Of a stretch of 59,609 nt of DNA, positions 1-12,558 are shown in pieces. The notes under the pieces are model-generated. The model did not search any database. It worked only from the letters and a program-made list of their open reading frames with translations, and had not been told where the DNA came from. This stretch comes from Saprolegnia diclina VS20. Lineage: Eukaryota. The position numbers and the translations under genes are program-made. How positions within the stretch are numbered: the stretch's first letter is position 1; each line of letters starts with the position of its first letter. The stretch covers positions 541,629 through 601,237 of the forward strand of contig NW_008246087.1 in the NCBI RefSeq assembly GCF_000281045.1. The letters are read 5' to 3'.

Positions 1-224
1 TTGAGTCAACCATTGCTGCCAGCTTTTGCAGAGAACGACCTCTGTCGCTGGTGTCGACTAGCCTCGCTGGCGGAAGCCAATGAGCAAAGGTTTTACCAGC
101 GGCATTTTCGCTTGCACGAACCCTGCGCATGTGACGCGAGAGCAACGATCTGGTGTCTGTTGCTTCGCTCCCTTCGATGCGCCGAGAGAGTTCGTAGTCT
201 CGACCCAACGTGAGCCTACGAAGG

Positions 225-516
225 NNNNNNNNNNNNNNNNNNNNNNNNNNNNNNNNNNNNNNNNNNNNNNNNNNNNNNNNNNNNNNNNNNNNNNNNNNNN
301 NNNNNNNNNNNNNNNNNNNNNNNNNNNNNNNNNNNNNNNNNNNNNNNNNNNNNNNNNNNNNNNNNNNNNNNNNNNNNNNNNNNNNNNNNNNNNNNNNNNN
401 NNNNNNNNNNNNNNNNNNNNNNNNNNNNNNNNNNNNNNNNNNNNNNNNNNNNNNNNNNNNNNNNNNNNNNNNNNNNNNNNNNNNNNNNNNNNNNNNNNNN
501 NNNNNNNNNNNNNNNN
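225..516. other. Assembly gap (other gaps: 3850-4049, 4488-4968, 57059-57333)
   Basis: Runs of N. Confidence 1.
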
Positions 517-1088
517 CGGGTCTCTTCTCTGTACGCAGCTCACTCCCACCGACCCAGTGCTGGAGCCCACTCCCACACATTCTGGCGTAGCACTGTATAC
601 GCAATGTCTTTGAGTTTGATTCTGCTGATTGAGTTTACCGCGGAACCCACGTGATAGATAGACGCCTGCGATGGCTGCGTGAGAGCGGCTTCACCGAGAG
701 GTGTCGTCCGGTCGTTGCCGATTCAGACACGGTTTAAGGGGGTCTCTTATCCAATACAGTTATAGATGTAGAGGACTATGAACTGTAATTGCGTTGCGGT
801 CGCGGAATGGGATTACGCCTGTGTGTGTCTTCTCGGGTATCTTGACATGGCTTGCTGTGATTGGTCTATTTCCAGACTCAATCGCGTCCGGTTTTGGCTC
901 TATTGAGTTTCAGGCATCGCACTGTGGCGCCGAGAACGCATTGAGAATCGCACTTTACCGAAACGGCCAGTCTGTACGTTCGTTTTGAGTTTCCCAGTGT
1001 CTTGCCTACTGTATGAGAGGTGCTCAATTGAGAACGAAGGGGTTTCGCCGGATCGTGTCTTTCATTTTCATTTTCCAGAAGCAGCAGC

Positions 1089-3639
1089 ATGGAGGGCAAG
1101 GTCGGCGGCCTCGCGAGCCAAGCGCTCGCGTTCACCAACAGCATCTACGTGCACCCGGACGACTTCCGCGCGCTCGTCTCGCGCACGCCACGTGGCGTCA
1201 CGAGCGTCGAGCAGCTCAAGGCGTCGGGGCTCAACGTCTGGGCCAACAACAAGTACGTCTTTGCAGCCCAGCCGCTCGCCGAGACGGTGCCGGGCACGGT
1301 GGGCATGGGCCAGATGCACCGCTTGAGCGCCAACCTCGCGATGGGCCAGTCCGTCGCGCTTACGCCGTGGGTTCCCGATGTCGCGCGCGGCTTTGCGATC
1401 GCGACCGTCCATTTTGAAGTCCAGGCGCTGCTCATGCGCTCCAACGTCGTCGCTGATTTCGACTGCGAAGCGGTCAAGAAGATCTTTGAGCAACAGTACC
1501 TCAACCAAGCCTTCTCGCCCGGCCAGTTTATCGTCATCGACGTTGGCGGCAAGCCCGTGAAAATGTGCGTGACCAAGGTCGACCTCCTCACGCCGCCCGA
1601 CGCACCACCCGCGCCGACAAGCCTCGCGCCGACCGTCGGCCTCTACGTTGCGGGCAGCGCGCTCGCGTTCTCCAAGGGCAAGGACGCGCCGTTCAAGCTC
1701 CTCAACCAGGTACGACACGCGGTCGCCATCACGTCTCATGCACGATGTTCCAGAGCGCAACGGGAGGCGGCAACCGCATCTTCAAACCCGACTTTGATTT
1801 TTCCAAGCTCGGTATCGGCGGCCTCGATAAGGAGTTCAACGACATCTTCCGGCGCGCGTTCGCATCCCGCGTCTTTCCCGCGTCCGTCATTGAGAAGCTC
1901 GGGATCAAGCACGTGCGGGGCATGCTCCTCTTTGGCCCGCCGGGCTGCGGCAAGACGCTCATTGCGCGGCAGATTGGCAAGGTACCCGATTTGCGATTTT
2001 TTTTGAAAAAAAGACAAATTTTCCACAAAAATGCACACATGATGCTCAAATTATATACATGATACGTTAGGTGCTCAATGCCAAGGAGCCCAAGGTCGTG
2101 AACGGGCCCGAGATCCTCGACAAGTTTGTGGGCGAATCTGAGCGCAAGATCCGCGACCTCTTTGCCGACGCGCGCAAAGAGCAAGACGAAGTCGGCGAAG
2201 AGAGCGAGCTGCACATTATCATTTTCGATGAAATCGATGCGATCTGCAAGGCGCGTGGGTCGTCCCGGGACGGCACGGGCGTCGGCGACAGCGTCGTGAA
2301 CCAGCTCTTGACGCAGATCGACGGCGTCGACTCGCTCAACAACGTGCTCGTGATTGGCATGACCAACCGCAAGGTACACATTTTCGTGTTTTCGACTATC
2401 AATGTATCAATCGATCGCGATCTAGGACATGCTGGACGAAGCGCTCATGCGTCCTGGTCGTCTCGAGGTTCAAGTCGAGATCAACTTGCCGGACGAGCAC
2501 GGCCGTGGCCAGATTCTGAGCATCCACACGAGCAAAGCGCGGGCAAATGGCATTTTGCACCCGGCGCTGCTCGCCGACCTCGACGCGTGCATGCTCCCGG
2601 CCGTCAAGGACGCGCCGTTGAACCTCGCGCAGCGCACCAAGAACTTCTCCGGCGCCGAAATCGAAGGCCTCGTGCGCGCGGCGACCGCCCACGCGCTCTC
2701 GCGCGGCACGGACGGCAAGACGTACCACGCGATCCAGAACTTTACACCGGAAATCTCGCTCGCCGACTTTGAACTCGCGTTGAGCGAAGTCAAGCCCAAG
2801 TTTGGCGCGCCCCAGGACACGCTCGAGATGTTCTTTCGCAATGGCCTGCTCTCGTACGGCCCGGCATTTGACGACGTGCAAGCGACGCTGCGCAAGGTGC
2901 TCAACCACGTCAAGACGAACGAGAAGACGTCGCTCATGAGCGTGTTGCTGCACGGCCAGCCGGGCACGGGCAAAACCGCCCTGGCCGCCGCGTCCGCGGT
3001 CGCCAGCGAGTACCCGCTCGTGCGGCTCGTCAAGGTGGCCGACTTGATTGGCCGCCAAGAGCTCGCCAAGAGCAGCTATCTCTACACGCTCTTTGAAGAG
3101 GCGTACCGGTCGCCACTGAGTCTCATTATCATCGATGACATGGAACGCCTCATGGAATATGTCGGTACGTTTGCTTCTATCCATCTATCCAAGTATCCAA
3201 AAAACTATCCAGTATACTCATTGTAGCGAGCGGCCCGCGCTTCTCCAACTCGATGCTGCAAACGCTTCTCGTGATGATCAAGAACCCAGTGCCGGTGCCC
3301 GGCCGAAAGCTCGCCGTTGTTGGTATCACGTCAGCGTACGACGAGATGGCGAGCTTGGGTCTGGCGTCCGTCTTTGACGTGAGCGTCCTCGTGCCGCAGC
3401 TCGAAGCACCGGACCAGTTTGACGCCGTGCTCGCCGGCGCGGGTCTTCCCATGTCAGACAGCACGCGGTCGCAGATCGCCTTGTATCTGAGCCAGACGAC
3501 GCCGATGGGCGTCAAGAAGCTGCTCGCGATCACAGAGATGGCGCGCCAAGACATGCTCGACGACGGCGCCGAGACGGAAATCACATACGACCGCTTCATC
3601 GACTGCGTGTACCAGCTCCGCCTCCACTCGCGGCAGTAG
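1089..3639 (+). CDS. NSF: Vesicle-fusing ATPase NSF/Sec18 (5 exons; introns ~1710-1753, 1982-2070, 2374-2425, 3165-3226)
   Basis: [21 protein letters not shown], Walker A GPPGCGKT, Walker [34 protein letters not shown], and a second AAA domain [18 protein letters not shown] introns restore the frame. Confidence 0.97.
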
Positions 3640-3786
3640 TCGTCCGAGACGATCCCGTATCGACTTGGTACTTGAGACACGAACGAGCTTTTTTCTTTTA
3701 GTGTTTTTGCAAATATACGCTAGCACCGTCATAGGCCAAGAATTAGGTCAAGAAAACGTTGGTCGCTAGTAGGAATTAGGACGTCG

Positions 3787-4487
3787 CTACACAGTGCTCT
3801 CTTGGGCCACCAAAAAATGGGCCGCGGTTTGCAGCGTGACCCCCGCCAANNNNNNNNNNNNNNNNNNNNNNNNNNNNNNNNNNNNNNNNNNNNNNNNNNN
3901 NNNNNNNNNNNNNNNNNNNNNNNNNNNNNNNNNNNNNNNNNNNNNNNNNNNNNNNNNNNNNNNNNNNNNNNNNNNNNNNNNNNNNNNNNNNNNNNNNNNN
4001 NNNNNNNNNNNNNNNNNNNNNNNNNNNNNNNNNNNNNNNNNNNNNNNNNGAGAAGCGCCGGCAGCTTGGTCTCGGTCGTATGGTCGTTCTCGAGCAGCCC
4101 CGAGTACGAGTCGAGGTTAGGGTTCGCACCCTTCTGGATCACAATGTCAGACTTCTTGCGCTTGAGATCCTTGTGGAACTTGGCTCCGTCTTGATTCTAG
4201 ACGCGACATGCTGTGGTGAGCGCTCGTTGAGAGTCTGGAGAGACCTGCGTGCAGTGGTTGGGCCAGAGCACCTGCTCCGTGTTGGGCGGCCACACGACGG
4301 CAGCGTGGACGGCGCAAAGAGCTTGGCGTTTGGGTCGTGGGCCCAACGAGACGTGGCCGAGCGGGTGCCAGTCTTGGGTCGTCGCGACCAAATCAAACGT
4401 ACCGTGGCGGCGCACGTCGTTGATGATGGGGATCGCTGCTCGGTAGCGCAAAATCGTTTTGGACGTCGACGATGATGAGCGCGGTCT
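3787..4487 (-). pseudogene. Nicotinamidase (PncA/isochorismatase fold) copy 1; frameshifted and flanked by gaps
   Basis: TALIIVDVQNDF, TQDWHPLGHVS, QVLWPNHC and IQKGANPNLDSYSGLLEND are split over frames, with small deletions relative to copies 2 and 3. Stop TAG at 3787-3789. The defects could be assembly errors next to N-gaps. Confidence 0.75.
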
Positions 4488-4968
4488 NNNNNNNNNNNNN
4501 NNNNNNNNNNNNNNNNNNNNNNNNNNNNNNNNNNNNNNNNNNNNNNNNNNNNNNNNNNNNNNNNNNNNNNNNNNNNNNNNNNNNNNNNNNNNNNNNNNNN
4601 NNNNNNNNNNNNNNNNNNNNNNNNNNNNNNNNNNNNNNNNNNNNNNNNNNNNNNNNNNNNNNNNNNNNNNNNNNNNNNNNNNNNNNNNNNNNNNNNNNNN
4701 NNNNNNNNNNNNNNNNNNNNNNNNNNNNNNNNNNNNNNNNNNNNNNNNNNNNNNNNNNNNNNNNNNNNNNNNNNNNNNNNNNNNNNNNNNNNNNNNNNNN
4801 NNNNNNNNNNNNNNNNNNNNNNNNNNNNNNNNNNNNNNNNNNNNNNNNNNNNNNNNNNNNNNNNNNNNNNNNNNNNNNNNNNNNNNNNNNNNNNNNNNNN
4901 NNNNNNNNNNNNNNNNNNNNNNNNNNNNNNNNNNNNNNNNNNNNNNNNNNNNNNNNNNNNNNNNNNNN

Positions 4969-5376
4969 GGCCAGAGCACCTGCTCCGTGTTGGCGGGCCA
5001 CACGGGCGCCGGGCCCGTGGAGGGCAGCGTGTACGGCGCAAAGAGCTTAGCCTTCGGATCCGCGGACCAGCGCGAGTAGAACGAGACGTGGCCGACCGGG
5101 TGCCAGTCTTGCGTGAGCACAACCATATCAAACTTGCCCTCGTCGCGGACCTTGTTGATGATTGGGATGATGGCCTCGCCGTTCGTCACCGAGAGGCTGC
5201 CAGTTGACAATGTAAAGTCGTTTTGGACGTCGACGATGATGAGCGCAGTCTAAATGACAAGCGATGAGCCGAGAACAAAATGCGGGACGTACCTTGTTGC
5301 AGGCGCGGAGCGACGACGCCATCACCGACGCACCAAAGGCAACGAGCGACGTAAAGAAGGTGGATGTAGCAACCAT
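4969..5376 (-). CDS. Nicotinamidase copy 2, 5' part (3' end in the N-gap), predicted signal peptide; intron 5250-5292
   Basis: MVATSTFFTSLVAFGASVMASSLRACNK|TALIIVDVQNDFTLSTGSLSVTNGEAIIPIIN...TQDWHPVGHVSF. Confidence 0.85.
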
Positions 5377-7244
5377 TGTGGAAGAAAATTAGAAATGAAG
5401 TGGGGAGCGCCGGGAAGGGAGCTTGTGGAAGCGGGCAAGCAGCGCCGTCCGTTGAGAACCACATGCTTCGGGTCAGCGCATTACCCCACCATATGGTTTC
5501 GCACTGGCGGCCAGTTCCTCTTCCAACTTGCACATCGACGTTCGAAAGCGAGCACGGAAGAGAGAGACGCATGGGAGAGGAGACTCACGGTCAGGTCTCG
5601 GACACCGAAGGCTCTCGAGGCGGCCATACTGGCATCACAGAAGACCGGTATCCTCTTGGCGAGCCATCGTGTCGTGGCCATCAATAGCATCGTGCCAGCT
5701 CATTACATGTAGATAGCCACACTGCCTACATGCACAGAGAGCCTACGGTACGGTATGCAGGTCTGGTCTCTCTTTTCATTAACGAAAAAGCGGGAGGGTG
5801 TGAGTACCGGTAACTCCACCAGCTGTGCACGACGGATTTCGATCAGGAACTGTTAACACGCCTCCCCAGCCCGGAACAGATGTTGTAGTAACAATATCCC
5901 GCAAATAAAAGCGACAAAGGCAAAATGTTGTTTGGTTTGGAGAGAGATAGTTGCCGCACGCTAGCTCCTAAGCCGTCGGGGTAAGGGTGGAGGGGTAGAG
6001 GGATTGTTGTATTTCGATCGGGACAAAGGAGCTTGGTAGTACTCATGCTGGCCTTGGACGGGCATGAGCCTTCTCTGTGCACCACTGGCCTTTGCCAGGG
6101 ATTGTCAACGAGATGCGTCCAATGAGCTTCGATTTCGGTGCTATCAGCAGCATACATCCGCCGAGTACAGATCGAATCGTGTGTGGGGCAGTTCCGACCC
6201 TTTGCGCGTAAGCAACCCTGGCGACAGCATCGCTCTCGCTTTTTGGTTTCCGTCAAGTCGACGCCGTCTGCCAAATGAACGACGACTCGGTCGTCGCAAG
6301 CCCCTTTGTCGCATCTACTGCAACCATCCATAGACGAAAGCTAGCGAAGGCGATGAATCAAGCGTGGCTTTGGTCACAGCCATGTAGAATATGCACGCTA
6401 TCAAGAACATACTACCTAACGTTTGTACATTTTTTGACATTTATGATCGGCCCGAGACTCGCCATCATCGCCCTCGGCTTCAAGATTGCTCCCAACAGAC
6501 TAAGGTCAGCCACAGGATGTAACTAACTATACGTCGCCATGCGAAACAACTCGTCTCGTCGGTGCCTGTCGTTGAGGCAGCTTCCGGGATTTAGCGAAGG
6601 CATCAGACATCGTTGTAGGCAACGAACGTCCTGAGCGATAGGTCGCCGACGCTAATACACGCTCGCTCGTCTCTGCTTGATCGCAGAGACGGTGCTCAGG
6701 GGCGACCAAGGCAGTGTTGTCAAAGTACGCACCTCCTCGCTCAGGTGCCAAGCCAATGCACCTCGGTGATATGTTGGGCTTGCCCGGGTGGCAGACTGGG
6801 TTCTCACGCTTGAAGTCGCACTGCTTCAAGCCCATCACTGGCAGATCCCGAACACTGGCCACCAGCCGTGTACGTCTCGCGAGGCACTCATCGTGTGACA
6901 CAAGTCCTCGTCGATGGCGCTTGACAATGTAGTATGGTTTCATGGCTTTAGAACGTCGGCTTGTGCACGGCCTCTTCCGAGCACCTCGACGATGGAGCGT
7001 CAACCGACGACACAGCATTGACGTGACCGATGCCTCCTGCGACTTGCTGACTCGAGGTGTCAAGAGCACTGCTCCCCACGCTTTGTGCAAGCTCCGGAAC
7101 GAAAAGGCTGCAGCAATGCGCGCTCGTGTTCACACAACAGGAGCATTGCGTGCGTCCAAAAACGTCCTGAGATTCGTTCGTGCCAGCCGACGACGTTGAC
7201 TCGATATGTAAACTCCGATCGAAACTCGAAGATTTCTGAAGGCA

Positions 7245-8020
7245 TTAGCACGCATGGTGGTTCAAGTACTCGGCCGACGTCTTATACACGACACCGGCGC
7301 CCTTGAGTTTGCTGTACATCGCCGCCTGGGAGAGTGCGGCGACGGGGGCCGTCGCATCCGAGATGACCGTCACGTCGTACTCGTACACGGTCTTGGCGTC
7401 ATAGGCCGTCGAGCCGACGCAATAGTCTTCCGCAAGACCGACGACGACGAGCTTGGTGATACCAGCTTGCTTGAGAATCGCCGGCAGCTTGGTCTCGGTC
7501 GTATGGTCGTTCTCGAGCAGCGCCGAGTACGAGTCGAGGTCGGGGTTCGAACCCTTCTTGATCACAACGTCCTTGGCGTCTACTTCGAGCTTCGGGTACA
7601 ACTTGGCGCCATCGCTCTCCTGCATGCATCTCATAAGGGGACTGGCCTCGGAAGGATAAAGTGCATTACCTGCACGCAGTGGTCGGGCCAGAGCACCTGG
7701 ATCGAGCCCTTGGGCCACTTGGCCGAATCGGGCAGCGTGTACGGCTGGAACATGGTCGCGCTCTTGTCGTCCTTCCAGCGCGAGTAGAACGAAATGTGTC
7801 CCTTGGGGTGCCAGTCCTGCGTCGTGACGACCATATCCCACTTGCCCTTGGCGCGGAGGTTGTTGATGACGGGAATGACGGCTTCGCCGTTCGTCACCGA
7901 GAGCGAGCCGTTGGGCGACGCAAAGTCGTACTGGACGTCGACGATGACGAGCGCCGTCTTTTCGGCGGCAGCGAGCGCAAGCGACGCGATGGCGGCGACG
8001 GCGGTGGCGAGGCGAATCAT
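7245..8020 (-). CDS. pncA: Nicotinamidase/pyrazinamidase copy 3, intact, predicted secreted; intron 7620-7669
   Basis: Hydrophobic N-terminus MIRLATAVAAIASLALAAA. Catalytic Asp in VDVQYDF, metal ligands in QDWHPKGH and PDHC, Lys in IKKG, DSYSAL, and catalytic Cys in GLAEDYCV. Confidence 0.92.
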
Positions 8021-9551
8021 GGTGTTGGCAATTCAAGGCAAATGCAAAAGTGATGATGCAAAGGGACTGAAAGCCATAGCTCGACAAACTTCTGGCCGTG
8101 GACATCTGTGACTCACAACGTGCCAGCAACAGATGTTGTAGAATACAGTGCATGGAAGTGCGCGAAAAAATCGCCGATGATTATTGTTTGCTGTTTGCAG
8201 CTGGTCCTCCTTGTCGAGACCGCACTCGACTTTATACTATACCAACCTGCCCGGGATCTTGCTTCGCCCAGCGAAGCTGCAAGGGAACGCCGCACCCTTC
8301 TTGGGCTCCGACGTCCAACGACGATCGGCCGTAGAGACCGTTCTTGGCGGGTGTCGCTTGTCGCATCGGTGGCGTCGTTGTTTCCGGGAGCCGTGCGCAC
8401 CGAAAACAACTTGGCTTTTGGCAAGGAAGGACGACGTTTACACGGACATCTCTGGCCCGTGGTGGTAGATGTTTTACTTGGGCTAAATATTGGTCGTTCG
8501 GGTTGTCGAAGAGAAATGATGGAGCGCCCTGTCGACACTTCAAGCGTGTGGGCTGACGACAAGACGACGACGCCTTCCTGATCGAAATCGGCTCAACGAA
8601 AACGACCTGGTTCTGGTTTCGACTTGGCTCTTGAATGGTCGTGGGGACTGTGGACTTCCACAACCCGACATTGATATTTACACTGATAGCGTACACTGAT
8701 AAGCTTAGCTGCCACAAAACATTGCCAGCGAGTTTTCTCACTTTGTCGTAGGAGCTATCAGGGTCGAGTGTCGTTTCCACCCACGGCTCTCGGACGTTGA
8801 GGTGGTCAGAGCTATCAGTGGCCACAGCGTTGTCGGCGGGAAACCCTCCCACACTGCGTGGTTGCTATCGCAGCAAAGGCCCCAGAGAAAGTAAAATATT
8901 CATTTTCTCTTGCCACCAACAGGCCCAGCGAACGCACCGAAGAACCCATGGCTCTGCGAAAGCGTGACCCAAAGTCTGGTTGCTCGTAAACCAGCTTGCA
9001 TAGTGCAGAACCATAATTCCGAGCGCCAAAGCATCGTATTCCTGCTACGGTACTACGTTGTGGGCAAGCTCCGCAGTGACGTCGGCTCTATGTCGCCGTT
9101 TGACCAAAGGGGCTGTGGTATCGTTTTGTCACCCAGCTTCGTCCTCGGAATGAACGCGAAAACATAGCGACACGACCTTTTTGAGTTTGAGCTTTGCTCG
9201 TTCGTTGCACTCCCTACTCGTAGTACGTCCCTCGTCCTTGGCTGCTAGCACTGTGCTTGCGCTTTCTCTCTTGTGCCCCTTTCCTCATACAGTGTACGTA
9301 CACTGGACTGTGTAGGGGTACGTTGCAGTGCTACGCTGGGTCGTTGCGTTCAGTCTCCACGCCCTGTTGGACCTTCTCAAACAGTGTTTGTCCAAACCGC
9401 TGTTTGATATTCTGTGTGGCGCGGGTGTTTCGCGTTAAAGCGACCTTTAACGCATCGAGTTATTTTTGCCGGCACGTTAAATGGGAGCCAATCCGAGCGC
9501 GTGCCGCCAATTCGCCGCGTGTGATTGGGCGGATCGTCGCCAGTTGCCATC

Positions 9552-11961
9552 ATGCTGTGGCCACGAGAGCAGTTCCGCGTCGCGTACAAGCAGGTCGTCT
9601 CGGACGCGCTCGACTCGAACGCAGCGAGCGTCCTCCTCCTCGTCGCCCTCGATGCAGACTCGATCGCCGCTTCCGCCATCCTCACCTCGGTGCTGCAGGC
9701 CGACATGATTGCCTACTCGCTCGTGCCCGTGGCCGGCAACGCGCAGCTCGCGGCCATGGCCTTTGCCGCCGACATCCGGTCCGTCTTCCTCATCAACTGC
9801 GGCGCCATGATCGACGTCTACTCGACGATGCAGCTCGGCGGCCGCAACATCAAGGTCTACGTCATCGACAGCCACCGGCCGCTCCACTTGGCGAATGTCT
9901 ATGACCGGCACGGCACGGTGTTTCTCTTTGACGACGAAGCGCAGGCCGAAGACGACTTTCCCGAAGATGGCCCTGACATTGAGGCCATCGAGCAAGACGA
10001 CGAAGAGGAAGAGGACGACGAGGACGACGAGGCCGCGTCCGACTCGGACAGCGACGGTGAGGCCGAAGTCGGCGACGGACTCGTGCAGGACGCCACGAAG
10101 AAGCGCAAGCGCAGCGGCTCCGACGACGATGATTCACTGGATGGCGAAGCCGAAGTTCATGTGATCCCCGCCACTGAATCCAGTGCCAGTGCGCCCGACG
10201 CCTCCTCGTCTTCCGAGCTCATGACGGCCAATGACGAGGACGACGGCAACGACAGCCTCGGCGACGACGTTGACAAGGACGCTGTGGTCGATGACATGGA
10301 GGACATTGCGTCCGGTCTCGAGACGGAAGAAGACGAACCCGACGTCGAGAAGGTACCGGCGCCTCGACCAGCCCGTGGCGCGTCCAAGCAGTACAGTCCA
10401 TTTTATCATACATGTTGCATCTCGTCAACTCCTACGCTTGGTGTAGCCAACGCCGGATCGAGATTCTCCAGTACTACCGCGGGTCGTACTACGGCGCGCC
10501 AGCGTCAACGCTCTTGTACGAGCTCGCGTCCCAAGTGAACCAGTCGACGCCCGACAAAGTGTGGTTTGCGATCGTCGGACTCACCAAGCAGTTTGTGGCG
10601 CAGCAAATCGACGCGCACAACTACAACATGCTCGTCCAAAAGTTTCAAGACGAAGTGCTCTCGCTCAACCAAGCAGTCGATGACGTCACCGACGTCGACG
10701 GCACGGCACTCCCGACTGGTACGCGTCATCAATCAATCCAACCTATCAATCTATCAACCTATCCCATCTCATGCGGATGCTGTACAGTGCACGGCGGCAC
10801 GATTGCGTTTGAGGAAGAGTACCGTTTCCTCCTCTACCGGCACTGGTCGCTCTACAAGAGCATGTACTACTCCAACTACGTCGCGGCCAAGCTCAAGACA
10901 TGGCAGCCATCCGGGAAGGACGAGCTCGAAGTGTTCCTCGCACGCATGGGGCTCTCGCTCAAAGAGTGCCAGCAGAGGTACGTCGTTTGCGCTCAGCCAG
11001 GCGCGAAGATTTGATTCTTCATTTTTGCCATGTAGCTACACGTTCATGTCGATCGAGCTCAAGCAAAAGCTGCGCGAGAAGCTCCAGGAGATCGCCCCGG
11101 AATTCGAACTCGACGAGATCCTCTACGGCTCGTTTCGGCGGCAATTTGGTACAGATCGTTCGTAGTTTTGTTTATTTCACTGGCATTTTCCCGTAGAGTT
11201 CAAGTACCAGTGGTGCGCCGCCGACGTTGTGCATGGCCTCTCGGCGCTCCTCGAGGCGCCACCGTACCTGATTCAAAAGACCGTCGAGCACAAGGTGCCC
11301 GATGTCCTCGCCATGGACGAGTCGGTGCCGTTCTGGCAGCACAGCTTCCACATTGCGTCCCAGGCGCTGCCCTGGTCTCTCGACTAAATCGAGTGGGCAA
11401 CGCTCATGTCTCTTGTAGCAAGAGCAAGCGCAGCTGCACGCTCTTGGAGCAAGGCATCAAGCTCGCCATGACGATGCAGAAAGCGATCGTCTCGATGGGC
11501 ATCTCGATCCTCGACCGCAAGCTCATTGTTCGCATCAAGCACTTTCGATACGTCTGTCTCCGGCTCAGCGAAGACGACGAAGCCATGTTCTCGCATCCGT
11601 CGACGCTCTCCAAGCTCGCACTCTTCCTCGTCGACGTGCATCGCGAGCAAGGCAAGTGGACCGGCAAGCAGGCGTCGCCGTTCGTGCTGCTCTGCCACCT
11701 CAAAGCCCGCAACGTCTACTTGATCGTCGGCGTCACGTGCCCCGAGCGCGCGGGCGAGGTCCACCGCAAGTACACCGAATATGCTTCCTAACTTGTGACA
11801 TTATGGATTTGTCTAGCAAACTCGGCACGGCGTTCAAGATGGCGGCCGCCGAGACCGGCGCCAAGTACACGCACGACGGCTTTGATACGACCGTCATGGA
11901 GATCACGCTCGACGATATCCAAGGCTTCATCGAGCAGCTCCACAACGTCCTCGACGCCTAA
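9552..11961 (+). CDS. CDC45: DNA replication factor CDC45 (multi-exon)
   Basis: LLLVALDADSIAASAIL, VFLINCG, VYVIDSHRPLHLANV, long acidic insert, YRFLLYRHWSLYKSM, LARMGLSLKECQQ, HPSTLSKLALFL. Confidence 0.95.
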
Positions 11962-12558
11962 TCGTCGCATTGTACACAGCGCTGCAAGTTGCCCAAAAGC
12001 GTTGAATGCACATTTGTCGAAATCGGGGCGAGGGAGTTGGAGCCGGCTGCAATGACTTTGATTTAGTTTGAATTTCATGCTAGTCATTCGTCGACTACGT
12101 TAGTAGAAAGGCCAAGCCAATGTATTGCTTTGGGTAGTACCCTCCATGGCTCTTGGCGTCACCACGCACAAGGAATATTGCATCCAGGGAATGAATGATG
12201 GAAGCTCCCTTGCATTTGATCGCAGACGGTAGAAGAAAAATGGGCGTGACGCCATCCAGTGTCTCGAGTTAGTTGATGGTATGTACTAAACGAACATTGC
12301 TGCACAAGGGCAATGCACTGACTGACTCAGCACTTGACATACATGTCTTCAACATTGTGGAAGGGTTGTCCCTAGTCTTAGTAGCGCGTCGCGTTGTTGT
12401 GCTCGTTGTGAGAGAGGGCCACGGCGATTGCCACACTATTTCCGTGTGTTTTTGAAATATACGGTATATTTACCTGCGTTTACCGAAAAATGGCACCCAC
12501 TTGGCGCGCGGTGATAGGCCAAAAATGCGAGCGTCCGGATACACAAGCCAACACGAAG

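Noticed and set aside
80..613. ORF spanning the first gap (FTSGIFAC, faintly PLAC8-like)
   Set aside because: Mostly Ns; too little sequence to call.
5700..7200. ORFs between nicotinamidase copies 2 and 3 as a possible transposon
   Set aside because: No transposase, RT or integrase motifs, no terminal repeats seen, and no host codon bias.
8232..8852. 206-aa minus-strand ORF upstream of the nicotinamidase
   Set aside because: No ATG start, weak codon bias and no family recognised; at most a relic.
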